From assembly GCA_016182085.1 (NCBI GenBank), contig JACOYB010000004.1, positions 275,923-339,922 of the forward strand: 64,000 bases of DNA, read 5' to 3'. This DNA comes from Candidatus Magasanikiibacteriota bacterium (GTDB lineage Bacteria; Patescibacteriota; Patescibacteriia; Magasanikbacterales; GWA2-37-8). A program made the translations under genes and the position numbers. Below, one piece after another: positions 9,950-18,535 of the stretch; the stretch's first letter is position 1, and the number at the start of each line of letters is the position of its first letter. Below the pieces are notes generated by a model that saw only the letters and a list, made by a program, of their open reading frames with translations, was not told the origin of the DNA and made no database searches.

Positions 9950-10912
9950 ATGAAAAAACTCGCTATTTATTTTTCCAATCCCAAACCAATGGGCGATCCG
10001 TTTGATTTGCGGTATCCATATTGGCAGATTTATAAAGAAATAATTAGAAACGTGGAAAAACAGGGGATAGATGTATATGTTACCAGAGCCAAAGATTCGT
10101 ATTTGGGTAAGGGTGTTTTTACCCATGGTTGGAAAGTAGATGGGAAACAATTGATAGAAATAAATGAGCAAATTACCGTAGATTTAATTTTTCATCGCGG
10201 CAGCCAAGCCACCATCCCCGCGACCTATGATTGTCCGATCATAAATCATCCGGATCTGGAACGATTTTGTGGAGATAAGATAAAAGTAAACCAAGTATTT
10301 GCCGATATTTCTCCCAAAACTAAAGCTATTAATTCATACCAAGAATACCGAGATACCATTAAAGAATGGAATTTTAATCCTGAAGACAAGATTGTCGTAA
10401 AGAAGAATTTTCTCTACGGCGGGCACGGAGTATATATTCGCCCGATAAAAGAAATTACCGAATCGCTTTATGAAAATTGGCGCGATATTTTAATGCAAGA
10501 ATTCGTTGATAGTTCGGGGGGTATTCCCGGGATTGTTGAAGGCTTGCATGATATACGCGTAGTAACTATTAACGGCGAGCCAGTATATTCGTTTGTGCGA
10601 ACTCCTCCCGTTGGATCGTTTTTAGCCAATGTTTCCCAAGGAGGCGCGGAAAAGGCAGTGCCACTTTCCCAATTACCTGCGGAATTATTACAATTAGTTG
10701 AAAGAGTAAATAAGGAATTAGCACAGTACAGGCCCAGCATCTTTGCTTCCGACTTTTTCAATTCCAAAAACGGTTTTAAATTGATTGAATTAAATTCCCG
10801 TCCGGCTGTGTGCGACCCGGCCCAATCTCCGGAAACCAGAAATTATATTGATAAGATTATCCAATTACTCGTCAATACCATCAATAATTCTTTTAAAATG
10901 GAGAAAAATTAA
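9950..10912 (+). CDS. RimK/GshB-like ATP-grasp ligase, paralog 2 (tandem duplicate of 8992-9927)
   Basis: 320 aa, roughly 65% identical to the upstream paralog along its whole length (MKKLAIYFS.P.PMG.PF…IINHPDL…FLANVSQGG…ELNSRPAVC). Confidence 0.7.
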   Translation: MKKLAIYFSNPKPMGDPFDLRYPYWQIYKEIIRNVEKQGIDVYVTRAKDSYLGKGVFTHGWKVDGKQLIEINEQITVDLIFHRGSQATIPATYDCPIINHPDLERFCGDKIKVNQVFADISPKTKAINSYQEYRDTIKEWNFNPEDKIVVKKNFLYGGHGVYIRPIKEITESLYENWRDILMQEFVDSSGGIPGIVEGLHDIRVVTINGEPVYSFVRTPPVGSFLANVSQGGAEKAVPLSQLPAELLQLVERVNKELAQYRPSIFASDFFNSKNGFKLIELNSRPAVCDPAQSPETRNYIDKIIQLLVNTINNSFKMEKN

Positions 10913-10938
10913 AACAGGCTATATTACTAGCCTGTTTT
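10911..10938 (+). terminator. intrinsic terminator after the ATP-grasp pair
   Basis: aaaacaggc-tatattacta-gcctgtttt is a perfect 9-bp stem followed by a T-run. Confidence 0.55.
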
Positions 10939-10967
10939 AATTTTTGTTGTTCTTAATTACTATTCGC

Positions 10968-10986
10968 TGGCGGAGAGGGAGGGATT
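10968..10986 (-). repeat. 19-nt direct repeat of the 3' end of tRNA-Ser(GCU) (partial tRNA copy, att-like)
   Basis: tggcggagagggagggatt is identical to 12119-12137, the 3' acceptor/T-stem of the tRNA at 12119-12206. No complete tRNA can be folded here. Confidence 0.6.
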
Positions 10987-11346
10987 TACCCCTTCACTTC
11001 GTTTCGGGGCATAAACTTCTTATCCCTTTATTATCTTATTCGCTACACTGCGTTGCGTTGCGGGGACGATTGCCGGAACTTTGAACCGATAAAACGGCTT
11101 AGTTATAGCAAGGTTGATAAAATTATACGAAAATTGAGGCAAATATACCAAGAAAGGCCGGATTCATTCGAGATTCCTACTTTTGCCCAAAAACAATATT
11201 AGCCACCTCCTCCACTCTCTTGTCGGAGAGCTTCGAACCTTCAAGACGGGTAGATGCCCCTGCAGAAGCTACGAGAGTAGCCCGACGAAGCTCCGCTAGT
11301 CGTTCTAGTGAGATACCAGGATTCTTTTTTGTGCGTTTAGACTTTG

Positions 11347-12105
11347 TCATAAAAATGAATAGGTTCCACCACAGAATTTCGTTATTAACTCACAAACTTC
11401 TTTTGCAGCATTTTCTACATATTTAGGCGATGTTTTTACATTACCCTCAATAATGACGAAAATATCTTTGCTATTAGTAGATACTTTGGTTGGCTCAACC
11501 TGTAATACTTCCAACCGACAAATTACATTGTTCTCATCATCAACATATCCGTACTCACCTGGAAATATTGTTGTTGGCTCGGTTTTACCAAGAGGAATAA
11601 AAACTTCATCACCTTTTGTAAGCCTGAGAGTGATATTGCCTTGTACTTTGTCGATGTCATGAGCACCAAGCGCCAGACCAGTCTTCAGTGAGATTAGATT
11701 ATAGATATCCACCAGAGTATTGATATGAGGAAAGCGACCTCGTTCAAGAAATGACCACCTCAAGCCTTCGGGAGAAGCGACATAGTCACGATTACTCCTG
11801 CCAACTTTTGTATGCAAATCCCTAAAACCTTCAAGTACAGGATCATCTTTATACTTTTTACCTTCCCAGTTCCCCTTGATTTTTTCTAGTTCCTCGTTTT
11901 TATATACTTCAAAATCTGAATTTAGGTCGATATTTTGAACATCAACAATTCTGGCCGTGATGATCTTCACGCCCAGATCCAAAACTTCCTTTGCAACTTC
12001 GAATTTTAAATCTCGCATATAAGTTCGAATCCCTTTAGGGTTCTTACATTTTATCATTTTTCGGTTTTGGAATGTAGCGTAAAATAAGGGAATTTTTGCT
12101 GCCAC
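11347..12105 (-). CDS. hypothetical protein (possibly a B3/4-like tRNA-binding fold; weak)
   Basis: 252-aa ORF lying between the tRNA-Ser partial repeat and the intact tRNA-Ser. No confident motif was found. Confidence 0.45.
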   Translation of the reverse strand: MAAKIPLFYATFQNRKMIKCKNPKGIRTYMRDLKFEVAKEVLDLGVKIITARIVDVQNIDLNSDFEVYKNEELEKIKGNWEGKKYKDDPVLEGFRDLHTKVGRSNRDYVASPEGLRWSFLERGRFPHINTLVDIYNLISLKTGLALGAHDIDKVQGNITLRLTKGDEVFIPLGKTEPTTIFPGEYGYVDDENNVICRLEVLQVEPTKVSTNSKDIFVIIEGNVKTSPKYVENAAKEVCELITKFCGGTYSFL

Positions 12106-12118
12106 TTTTCAAAACCAC

Positions 12119-12206
<88 letters not shown>

Positions 12207-12259
12207 AGGTGTTGTCGTTTAAATACCAAAGATTATATATTTTCGCTTAAAATAAGGAT

Positions 12260-12697
12260 TTAGTCAACAACCGCTTCATCTGGGAATGAATCAAAAATCT
12301 TTACCCTTATCGTTGGAGCTTTATCAAGAAAAGCCCGAGTAAGACGATGCATGCCATTAAACACTTGTCCATCTGCAGTTTTCCAGATTGGATTTGATAA
12401 ATCAGCATGTTGTATTGTTGCTACATGTTCAGCATATGCCTCGTTTTTTTGTGCGGCTTCCCAGTCTTGAAGAAGATTATACGGGCCTAACAAATTATTA
12501 TTTTTATCAGTCCAATAATAGTTTCCTTGAGAAACTGCATCAGTCAGTTCGTTAAGTGGCACTTCTTGCGTAGGAAGTTGTTCGGCAAAATGTTCTAAAA
12601 TTTCAACATTGTAGAGTTTTTTTCCTATAGTAGTGGTTTCAAAATCGTGGCCATGTAATCCGTCTTGGTATCCGTGCGGCAATTTTTCAGGTGTCAT
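12260..12697 (-). CDS. hypothetical protein (C-terminal NGMHRLTRAF resembles the DGxHR motif of ParB/Srx-like domains; weak)
   Basis: 145-aa ORF between two tRNA genes. Confidence 0.45.
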   Translation of the reverse strand: MTPEKLPHGYQDGLHGHDFETTTIGKKLYNVEILEHFAEQLPTQEVPLNELTDAVSQGNYYWTDKNNNLLGPYNLLQDWEAAQKNEAYAEHVATIQHADLSNPIWKTADGQVFNGMHRLTRAFLDKAPTIRVKIFDSFPDEAVVD

Positions 12698-12898
12698 ATA
12701 GTTTTATAAAACATTTCCTTTACATAGAGATAGAGATGCGGCTTCGACTAAAATTTTCTTCCGAAAATTTTGTCTAGCCACCGCCTCGCGGTTGTGTTCG
12801 CCCGCCTGCGTCACACAACATCGCTCCGGCGTTCGAATCTCTATGCGACCAAAGCAGTTTGGTCACATTTGTATCTTATTCGCTTCATTTCATTACGC

Positions 12899-12988
12899 TG
12901 GCGGAGAGATAGAGATTCGAACTCTAGAGGCCCTTGCGGGCCCGGCAGTTTAGTAAACTGCTGCCTTAAACCACTCGGCCATCTCTCC
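12899..12988 (-). tRNA. type II (Ser-like) tRNA with atypical anticodon loop TTACTAA (anticodon ACU as folded)
   Basis: Revcomp: acceptor GGAGAGA/TCTCTCC, D-stem GCC/GGC, anticodon stem GCAGT/ACTGC, long variable arm GGGCCC-GCAA-GGGCC, T-arm TAGAG-TTCGAAT-CTCTA, discriminator G, then CCA-like bases encoded. Confidence 0.7.
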
Positions 12989-13093
12989 TCATTATATATT
13001 TTTTAGTAGCGATAGTGTACCAAAAAATCAGATAAAGTCAATATTGGTCTGTCTGTAATTTTTTCCAATTTTGGTATATGATATTGTATAAAT

Positions 13094-14035
13094 ATGCATA
13101 AAGCTCTCAGGTTTCTTCTTAATACTATTTTAGCCATAATTGTAATCGGTGGTTTTGTTTATTTTTTCCGCGCGCCAATACGATATTCATTAACTCAAAT
13201 TCAAACGGAATATTTTTCTTGCCGCCAGCCGATTGCCTATAGCCTAGGCTCATTTGATGATGAGTTTGATGTTTCTAAAGAGGATTTCCTAAGCGCTATA
13301 AGTGCGGCCGAGGCTGTTTGGGAACAGCCCATTGCTAAAGATCTGTTTACATATAAAGAAAACGGATCTTTAAAAATAAACCTTATTTACGACAATCGTC
13401 AGGAAGCGACTGTAAAACTCCAGGAATTAGGTTTGAGCGTAAAAGATGATAAAGATTCGTATGAAGCTGTGAAGGCGAAATACGATGCCATGAAAGCAAG
13501 CTATCTTAAAGACAAGGCGGTGCTTGCTAACACAGTTGCGGAATTTGAAGTTATGAAACGCAAATATGAAGCAGATGTGGAATATTGGAACAGCCGAGGC
13601 GGCGCGCGCAAAGAAGCCTACGATAAATTGGAAGAAGACAGGCTAGCTTTAAACGCTAAAATTGATGAGATTAATAAAATGCAAGATAATTTGAATGCTA
13701 AGATAAATAATATAAACGCGCTTGTCACGGTGCTTAACCGGTTGGCAACTTCGCTCAATATTAACGTAGATAAATATAACCAAATTGGGGGAGAGTTGGG
13801 AGTAGAATTTGAAGAGGGTACATATCGCAGTGATCAAAGCGGTCAAGCTATAGATATTTATCAGTTTGATAATCGGGCCAAATTAATCCGAGTGCTAGCG
13901 CATGAACTTGGCCATGCGCTAGGTTTGGAACATGTGGAAGATACGAAGGCTATAATGTATAGCTTTAATAATGGAATTAATGATAAGCCTACAGACAGTG
14001 ATCTGTCAGCGCTTAAGATGCTTTGTAACATTTAG
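13094..14035 (+). CDS. membrane-anchored metzincin (matrixin-like) zinc metalloprotease
   Basis: N-terminal TM segment, a long coiled-coil region, then HELGHALGLEH (HExxHxxGxxH) followed by a Met-turn (AIMYS). Confidence 0.8.
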   Translation: MHKALRFLLNTILAIIVIGGFVYFFRAPIRYSLTQIQTEYFSCRQPIAYSLGSFDDEFDVSKEDFLSAISAAEAVWEQPIAKDLFTYKENGSLKINLIYDNRQEATVKLQELGLSVKDDKDSYEAVKAKYDAMKASYLKDKAVLANTVAEFEVMKRKYEADVEYWNSRGGARKEAYDKLEEDRLALNAKIDEINKMQDNLNAKINNINALVTVLNRLATSLNINVDKYNQIGGELGVEFEEGTYRSDQSGQAIDIYQFDNRAKLIRVLAHELGHALGLEHVEDTKAIMYSFNNGINDKPTDSDLSALKMLCNI

Positions 14036-14096
14036 TTTGTCCCCATTCTTTCTTGGGCGTTTTATCCAAGTATGGTAAACTACACACACTCGTTTG

Positions 14097-14105
14097 TGGT
14101 ATAAT
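14097..14105 (+). promoter_or_regulatory. extended -10 promoter (TGgTATAAT) upstream of ftsE
   Basis: tgtggtataat at 14095-14105, 42 nt upstream of the ftsE ATG. Confidence 0.45.
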
Positions 14106-14146
14106 CACTTTTATACTGAATAACTGTAGAAATTTCTCTTTACCGT

Positions 14147-14827
14147 ATGATAAAACTAAGCGGAGTTACTAAAATTTATTCTACCGGCACCCCGGCCGTA
14201 CGAAACCTAAACTTGCATATAGGTGCGGGGGATTTTGTGTCCATTGTCGGCCAGAGCGGTACGGGCAAAACAACGCTTGTAAAAATGCTGATTGCCGAAG
14301 AAAGACCCAATAAAGGCACGATAGAAATCGGCGATACGGATATTACCAAGATTAGTTCCAGCGATATTCCGTATTTGCGCCGCCAAATTGGCGTAGTTTT
14401 TCAGGATTATAAATTATTGCCAAAGAGAACCGTATACGAAAATGTGGCTTTTGCTTTGGAAGTGGCCGGAGAAAAAAGAGATCGTATCCACCAGGTGGTG
14501 CCCCAAGTGCTAGAAATTGTAAATTTATCTCATAAAGCCAGCAGCTATCCGCCGCAATTATCCGGTGGCGAACAGCAGCGCACGGCTATTGCCAGATCGC
14601 TCGTGCACCGCCCAAAAATTATGATTGCCGATGAGCCGACCGGAAACTTGGATTCCATCAATACCGAAGAAATTATTTCTATTTTAAAAAAAATAAATGA
14701 GTTTGGCACGACGATTATTTTGGTTACCCACAATCGCGAAGTGGTAAATCATTTGCGCCGACGCGTTGTTACCATGCATGGCGGAGAGATAATCAGCGAC
14801 GAACATGACGGTAAATACAAATTATAA
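14147..14827 (+). CDS. ftsE: cell-division ABC ATPase FtsE
   Basis: GQSGTGKTT Walker A, LSGGEQQR signature and a Walker B box. It is followed directly by ftsX. Confidence 0.9.
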   Translation: MIKLSGVTKIYSTGTPAVRNLNLHIGAGDFVSIVGQSGTGKTTLVKMLIAEERPNKGTIEIGDTDITKISSSDIPYLRRQIGVVFQDYKLLPKRTVYENVAFALEVAGEKRDRIHQVVPQVLEIVNLSHKASSYPPQLSGGEQQRTAIARSLVHRPKIMIADEPTGNLDSINTEEIISILKKINEFGTTIILVTHNREVVNHLRRRVVTMHGGEIISDEHDGKYKL

Positions 14828-14848
14828 GCAAAGCTTGAAATTATAATT

Positions 14849-15757
14849 ATGCTATCTTTTTTTAGAGTTTTAAAGTTTGCGCTCCAGGATTTGTGGCGAA
14901 ATATCAGCCTGTCTTTCATGACGGTTTTTATTTTGATTTTGATGCTGCTTTCCGTAAACACGCTGTGGTCTTTAGATGTACTGACCAAACAAGCCGTGGA
15001 AGCGGTAAAAAAACAAATTGATGTCAGTATATATTTTGTGCCGGAAGCCACGGAAAAAAACGTGACTGAAATTAAAAATTATGTCATGCTGTTTCCCGAA
15101 GTAACGGATGTGCGAGTGCAGACAAAGGAACAGGTGCTTGCCGATTTTCGTGAGAAACATAAAAATCAAAAAGAAGCCTTGGAAGCGTTGGATGAACTTG
15201 GCGCCAATCCGTTTGGCCCGACCATGATTATAAAAACTAAAGAACCGAAGGATTATAAAAAAATCATAGATGCTTTAAACGTGCCGGAATACGAAAGTAT
15301 TATTGAAGCCAAGAGTTTTGATAATCACGAAGAAGCCATTACGCGATTACAAAATATCACTAACCGTATTGAACGAGTTGGTTTTGGCCTAACCATTTTA
15401 TTTGCCTTGATTTCTTTCCTGATTATCTTTAATACTATTCGCGTGGCTATTGCTACTCAAAAGGTTGAAATTGGTATCAAGAGACTTGTGGGAGCCAGCA
15501 ATTGGTTTATTCGCGGGCCATATTTGGTTGAATCGGTGATTTTTACCATTATTAGCGTTTCCTGCACGATTGGACTTGTATACCTGGCTTTACGTTGGAT
15601 AGATCCGTATTTAGCGGTGATTTTGCCTAATGGATTCTCCTTGACAAATTACTTCTATTCTAATATGCTGATGCTGTTTGGAGCGCAAGCTCTGGCAGTT
15701 CTTCTTCTTACAGTGCTGTCCAGCCTTTTGGCTATGCGCAAACAGCTCAAAGTATAA
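14849..15757 (+). CDS. ftsX: cell-division permease-like protein FtsX
   Basis: 302 aa: N-terminal TM, a periplasmic domain, then three C-terminal TM helices (…KRLVGASNWFIRGPYL…). Positioned immediately after ftsE. Confidence 0.85.
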   Translation: MLSFFRVLKFALQDLWRNISLSFMTVFILILMLLSVNTLWSLDVLTKQAVEAVKKQIDVSIYFVPEATEKNVTEIKNYVMLFPEVTDVRVQTKEQVLADFREKHKNQKEALEALDELGANPFGPTMIIKTKEPKDYKKIIDALNVPEYESIIEAKSFDNHEEAITRLQNITNRIERVGFGLTILFALISFLIIFNTIRVAIATQKVEIGIKRLVGASNWFIRGPYLVESVIFTIISVSCTIGLVYLALRWIDPYLAVILPNGFSLTNYFYSNMLMLFGAQALAVLLLTVLSSLLAMRKQLKV

Positions 15758-15841
15758 GCGCCGTGGCAGCGCTTGAAATTCCGTCACTCGCCCTAGATGC
15801 AAGCAAGCTTGCGCCTGCGGGCTTGCTAGAAATTATAAGAC

Positions 15842-15912
15842 TCCGAGATCGTCTAATGGTAGGACAGCAGCCTTTGAAGCTGTTTATCCTGGTTCGAATC
15901 CAGGTCTCGGAA
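15842..15912 (+). tRNA. tRNA-Gln (anticodon UUG), no encoded CCA
   Basis: TCCGAGA-TC-GTCT-AATGGTA-GGAC-A-GCAGC-CTTTGAA-GCTGT-TTAT-CCTGG-TTCGAAT-CCAGG-TCTCGGA-A. Its 3' end abuts the stop codon of the minus-strand gene at 15913. Confidence 0.85.
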
Positions 15913-17148
15913 CTAATTTACGGTTACGATATAGACGATGCCCGATTTGTCATCGGAAATATACATCGTGCCATTTGGCAGGGTGAGAATATCTACGGGT
16001 CTGCCGTAGGTTTTATTTTTTTGTCCCAGCCAGCCAGAAATAAAATCTTCCATGCCGGTTATTTTTGGTTTATCACCGCTGTAATCAACAGTTAATTTTA
16101 CAATTTTATATCCTGTTGGCTTGGTTCGGTTCCAGGAACCGTGAAGTGCAACCAGTAAATTGCCTTTTAGGTTATCCGGCCAGCCGGAATTTGGAATAAA
16201 AGCCAGCCCCAGGGGAGCGGAGTGAGCCGGCAAGTCGTACAGACTGGGAGTTTCAAATGGTTCCATGCACGGGTTGCGAATGTACGTATTCTTATCAAAT
16301 TTAGTATCGTGGATATTTTGTCCGTAACAAATCGGCCAGCCATAATTTTTTTCGTTTTCCACAATATTAATTTCGTCCGGCGGCAGATCGTCTCCGAGGA
16401 AATCTCGTCCCATTTCGGTTGCCCATATCTTGCCGTTTTGCCAGGTAAAAAATACGGCATTGCGCAAGCCTTTGGCATACTGCTTAAAATCATTTCCATC
16501 TTTTTCCATGGAATAAATTGCCGCGCGACGAGTATCTTTTTCATGGCAAGTATCACAAGAAGATCCGATGGAAACGTATAATCTTTTATCCGGGCCAAAA
16601 CCGATGGTGCGAGTGAAGTGTGTGCCTCTGGTTGGCAAGTCAATTATTTTATGTAGGGTATCTTCCGAATATACGCGAACTTTTGATATGCGATGTTCTT
16701 CGGCAATGTAAAGCTCAAACGGATCGTCAGGGTTAAAGGCCAGTCCGTGCGGTTTGCGCAAGCCTTTAAAGACCGCGGTTTGCTTAACAGCTTTTCCACC
16801 CTTTATTTCTATAAGCATAACTTGTCCTTGTTTAGTTTGGCTGACCCATAGATTTCCCAGGCTATCTACAGCTAAAACTCTGGCTCCAGGTACTTTTGCC
16901 AAGGTGTTTATAGAAAAACCAGCCGGTAATTTTAAAGGAATGCCTGTATTGTTTACAGCCGGAGTAGATGTTTGGGAAGAAGATGTGGGGGGAGTGTTTG
17001 TATTTGTTTCAGTTGAGGTTGGGTTAATTTTTTCCGGAGGTTGTAAAGCTATCCATGCGCCGCGTAAATTTTGATAATAAAATATTCCCATGTAAACGAT
17101 GAGCGATAGCGCGATCAGAGTGCCGATAATAAGGATTATTTTTTTCAT
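15913..17148 (-). CDS. soluble quinoprotein glucose/sorbosone dehydrogenase-like beta-propeller protein (SGDH/YliI family), membrane-anchored
   Basis: Start moved to ATG 17148 (MKKIILIIGTLIALSLIVYM, a TM/signal segment), followed by a Thr/Ser/Pro-rich linker. The C-terminal 300 aa carry SGDH-like blocks (…HGLAF…, …GPDKRLYVSIGSSCD…, …NYGWP…). Confidence 0.7.
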   Translation of the reverse strand: MKKIILIIGTLIALSLIVYMGIFYYQNLRGAWIALQPPEKINPTSTETNTNTPPTSSSQTSTPAVNNTGIPLKLPAGFSINTLAKVPGARVLAVDSLGNLWVSQTKQGQVMLIEIKGGKAVKQTAVFKGLRKPHGLAFNPDDPFELYIAEEHRISKVRVYSEDTLHKIIDLPTRGTHFTRTIGFGPDKRLYVSIGSSCDTCHEKDTRRAAIYSMEKDGNDFKQYAKGLRNAVFFTWQNGKIWATEMGRDFLGDDLPPDEINIVENEKNYGWPICYGQNIHDTKFDKNTYIRNPCMEPFETPSLYDLPAHSAPLGLAFIPNSGWPDNLKGNLLVALHGSWNRTKPTGYKIVKLTVDYSGDKPKITGMEDFISGWLGQKNKTYGRPVDILTLPNGTMYISDDKSGIVYIVTVN

Positions 17149-17186
17149 ATTATATTCATCGTATCGCAAAGAGCGGTGCGGGTCAA

Positions 17187-17213
17187 TAAAAAAAACCACC
17201 ATAATATATGTGG
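17187..17213 (-). terminator. strong intrinsic terminator oriented for minus-strand transcription
   Basis: On the minus strand: accacatatattatggtgg hairpin followed by a run of 8 U (plus-strand a-run at 17187-17194). Confidence 0.6.
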
Positions 17214-17737
17214 TAAAAATAGAGCCCTCGGAAACGGAGATGCGCAGGCTACGGCAGGTTGCGTTTGGGGGTAGTTGCCATACAGACTTTGCAGAGGAGG
17301 GGGGAGGGTTGTCTGTACGCGTAACGCGCTGCGCTGCGGCCGCTGAGTCCGGTCGGCATCATCCAAATTGTCTTAGATTTGCTTTCGCTCATCTCGAAGC
17401 CCGCGGGCTCCATTTGGGCGATACCTGCTGAACTGCCTAATCTCCGTTTCCGAGTTCGCAATCATGGTATCAAATGCCTGTATCATTGTAAAGTTTGCAA
17501 AAACAAAAAACAACTTCTTGAGGAAGTGTTAAGAATAGCCGTCACCCAGAAGCCAGAGACGGGCCTTGCAAGGAGTAGAAAAGTCATTCGGGCCATCTCG
17601 GGGGTGAGTGGTCGCCAAACAAATTTTCTACCGCATCCAAGCCTGAGGGAGCTTGGTTGGCTTTAAATGTCGATTCTAGTTCTACACCGGCCTATTGTTG
17701 AATCAACACTTTCCTGCATCTCTGACCTCTGGGGACT
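17195..17737 (-). ncRNA. candidate large structured ncRNA of unassigned class (roughly 540 nt, GC-rich, ORF-free)
   Basis: The 17220-17700 block is much more GC-rich than the flanks. Only short mutually overlapping ORFs occur on both strands. Many local and long-range complementarities exist (ggaaacggagat 17229-17240 / atctccgtttcc 17439-17450; catacagac/gtctgtacg; gcccgcgggc; acttcttgaggaagt; ccaagc…gcttgg). A minus-strand promoter lies upstream at 17744-17772 and a terminator downstream at 17187-17213. Confidence 0.3.
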
Positions 17738-17743
17738 TAAGCT

Positions 17744-17772
17744 ACTTATACCACAAAGCCATACTTTTGTCA
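17744..17772 (-). promoter_or_regulatory. sigma70-like promoter on the minus strand (TTGACA-17-TATAAG) reading into the GC-rich structured region
   Basis: Revcomp of 17744-17772 is TTGACAaaagtatggctttgtggTATAAG. Confidence 0.4.
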
Positions 17773-17833
17773 ATATTCAATATAAAGAATAAGTTGTTTT
17801 TTCTTCTTTTTTTCGTTAAAATAATAGATAAAT

Positions 17834-18529
17834 ATGCCAAGGACAGCAGATCTAAAATTAAACGGAAATAATTGGCAGGTTCACTTACGTGACGAAGCGG
17901 ATGAGAGCGTGTTTAACGAAATATTTAAACTCCATGAGTACCGCCGTGCCGAAGAAGTAATAGAACATGCCAAATATCCAATCGTAGACGCGGGCGCTCA
18001 CGCCGGATTTTTTAGCATGTATTGCCGAAGTAAGAATAAAAAGGTCAATATTTTTGCGATTGAACCTGAGCCGAATAATATTAAATTGTTAAGGGAGCAT
18101 ATAAAGAAAAATAAGATTGCCGGAGTGGAAGTGGTAGAGGCAGCCCTCTCCGTATCAAGCAGTTTAAGAAGTTTATTGTTATCTGCGGATAGCCATAACC
18201 ATAAACTGGCTGAATCGGAAGATTTTGATAAAGTATTAGAAGTTCAAGCCTTTTCTTTTTTGGATTTTTGTAAAAAATACAAGATTAAAAAAATTTCTTT
18301 GTTAAAAATGGATATTGAGGGTGGCGAGTATGAGGTGTTTGATGGCATGTCGGAAGCCGATTTGTCGGTAGTAAATAATATAATTTTGGAGTATCATATA
18401 AGTAGAGAAAAATCCAAAGAAATTGAAGAAAAATTAAGAGCCAACGGTTTTGGCGTACAGATTTTTCCTTCCAAATTTGATAAAACTATGGGCTTTATCT
18501 TTGCCCGTAACAAAAGATTCAACGAGTAA
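17834..18529 (+). CDS. FkbM-family SAM-dependent methyltransferase
   Basis: IVDAGAHAGFFS (SAM-binding G-x-G), …NIFAIEPEPNN…, and …ISLLKMDIEGGEYEVF… is the FkbM-domain signature. Confidence 0.75.
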   Translation: MPRTADLKLNGNNWQVHLRDEADESVFNEIFKLHEYRRAEEVIEHAKYPIVDAGAHAGFFSMYCRSKNKKVNIFAIEPEPNNIKLLREHIKKNKIAGVEVVEAALSVSSSLRSLLLSADSHNHKLAESEDFDKVLEVQAFSFLDFCKKYKIKKISLLKMDIEGGEYEVFDGMSEADLSVVNNIILEYHISREKSKEIEEKLRANGFGVQIFPSKFDKTMGFIFARNKRFNE

Positions 18530-18535
18530 TTAATT

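Noticed and set aside
11205-11335. Possible extra tRNA in the GC-rich patch (ggagagcttcgaacc…gatacca)
   Set aside because: It contains TTCGAA-like words and ends in CCA on the plus strand, but no cloverleaf with a 7-bp acceptor stem and a proper T-arm can be drawn in either orientation. It is kept only as a note inside the tRNA-Ser integration-scar finding.
12770-13006. 78-aa plus-strand ORF
   Set aside because: It overlaps the minus-strand tRNA at 12899-12988 and the tRNA-fragment region, and is Arg/Ser-rich junk.
17099-17666. Three overlapping ORFs (17099-17431 +, 17249-17461 -, 17379-17666 +) and the tmRNA / RNase P hypotheses for this region
   Set aside because: The ORFs are mutually exclusive, GC-skew artefacts with no motifs. 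I looked for tmRNA ends (GGGG…GGATTCGAC / TTCAANTCCC…CCACCA) and RNase P CR-I/CR-V on both strands and did not find convincing matches, so the region is reported only as an unclassified structured RNA candidate.
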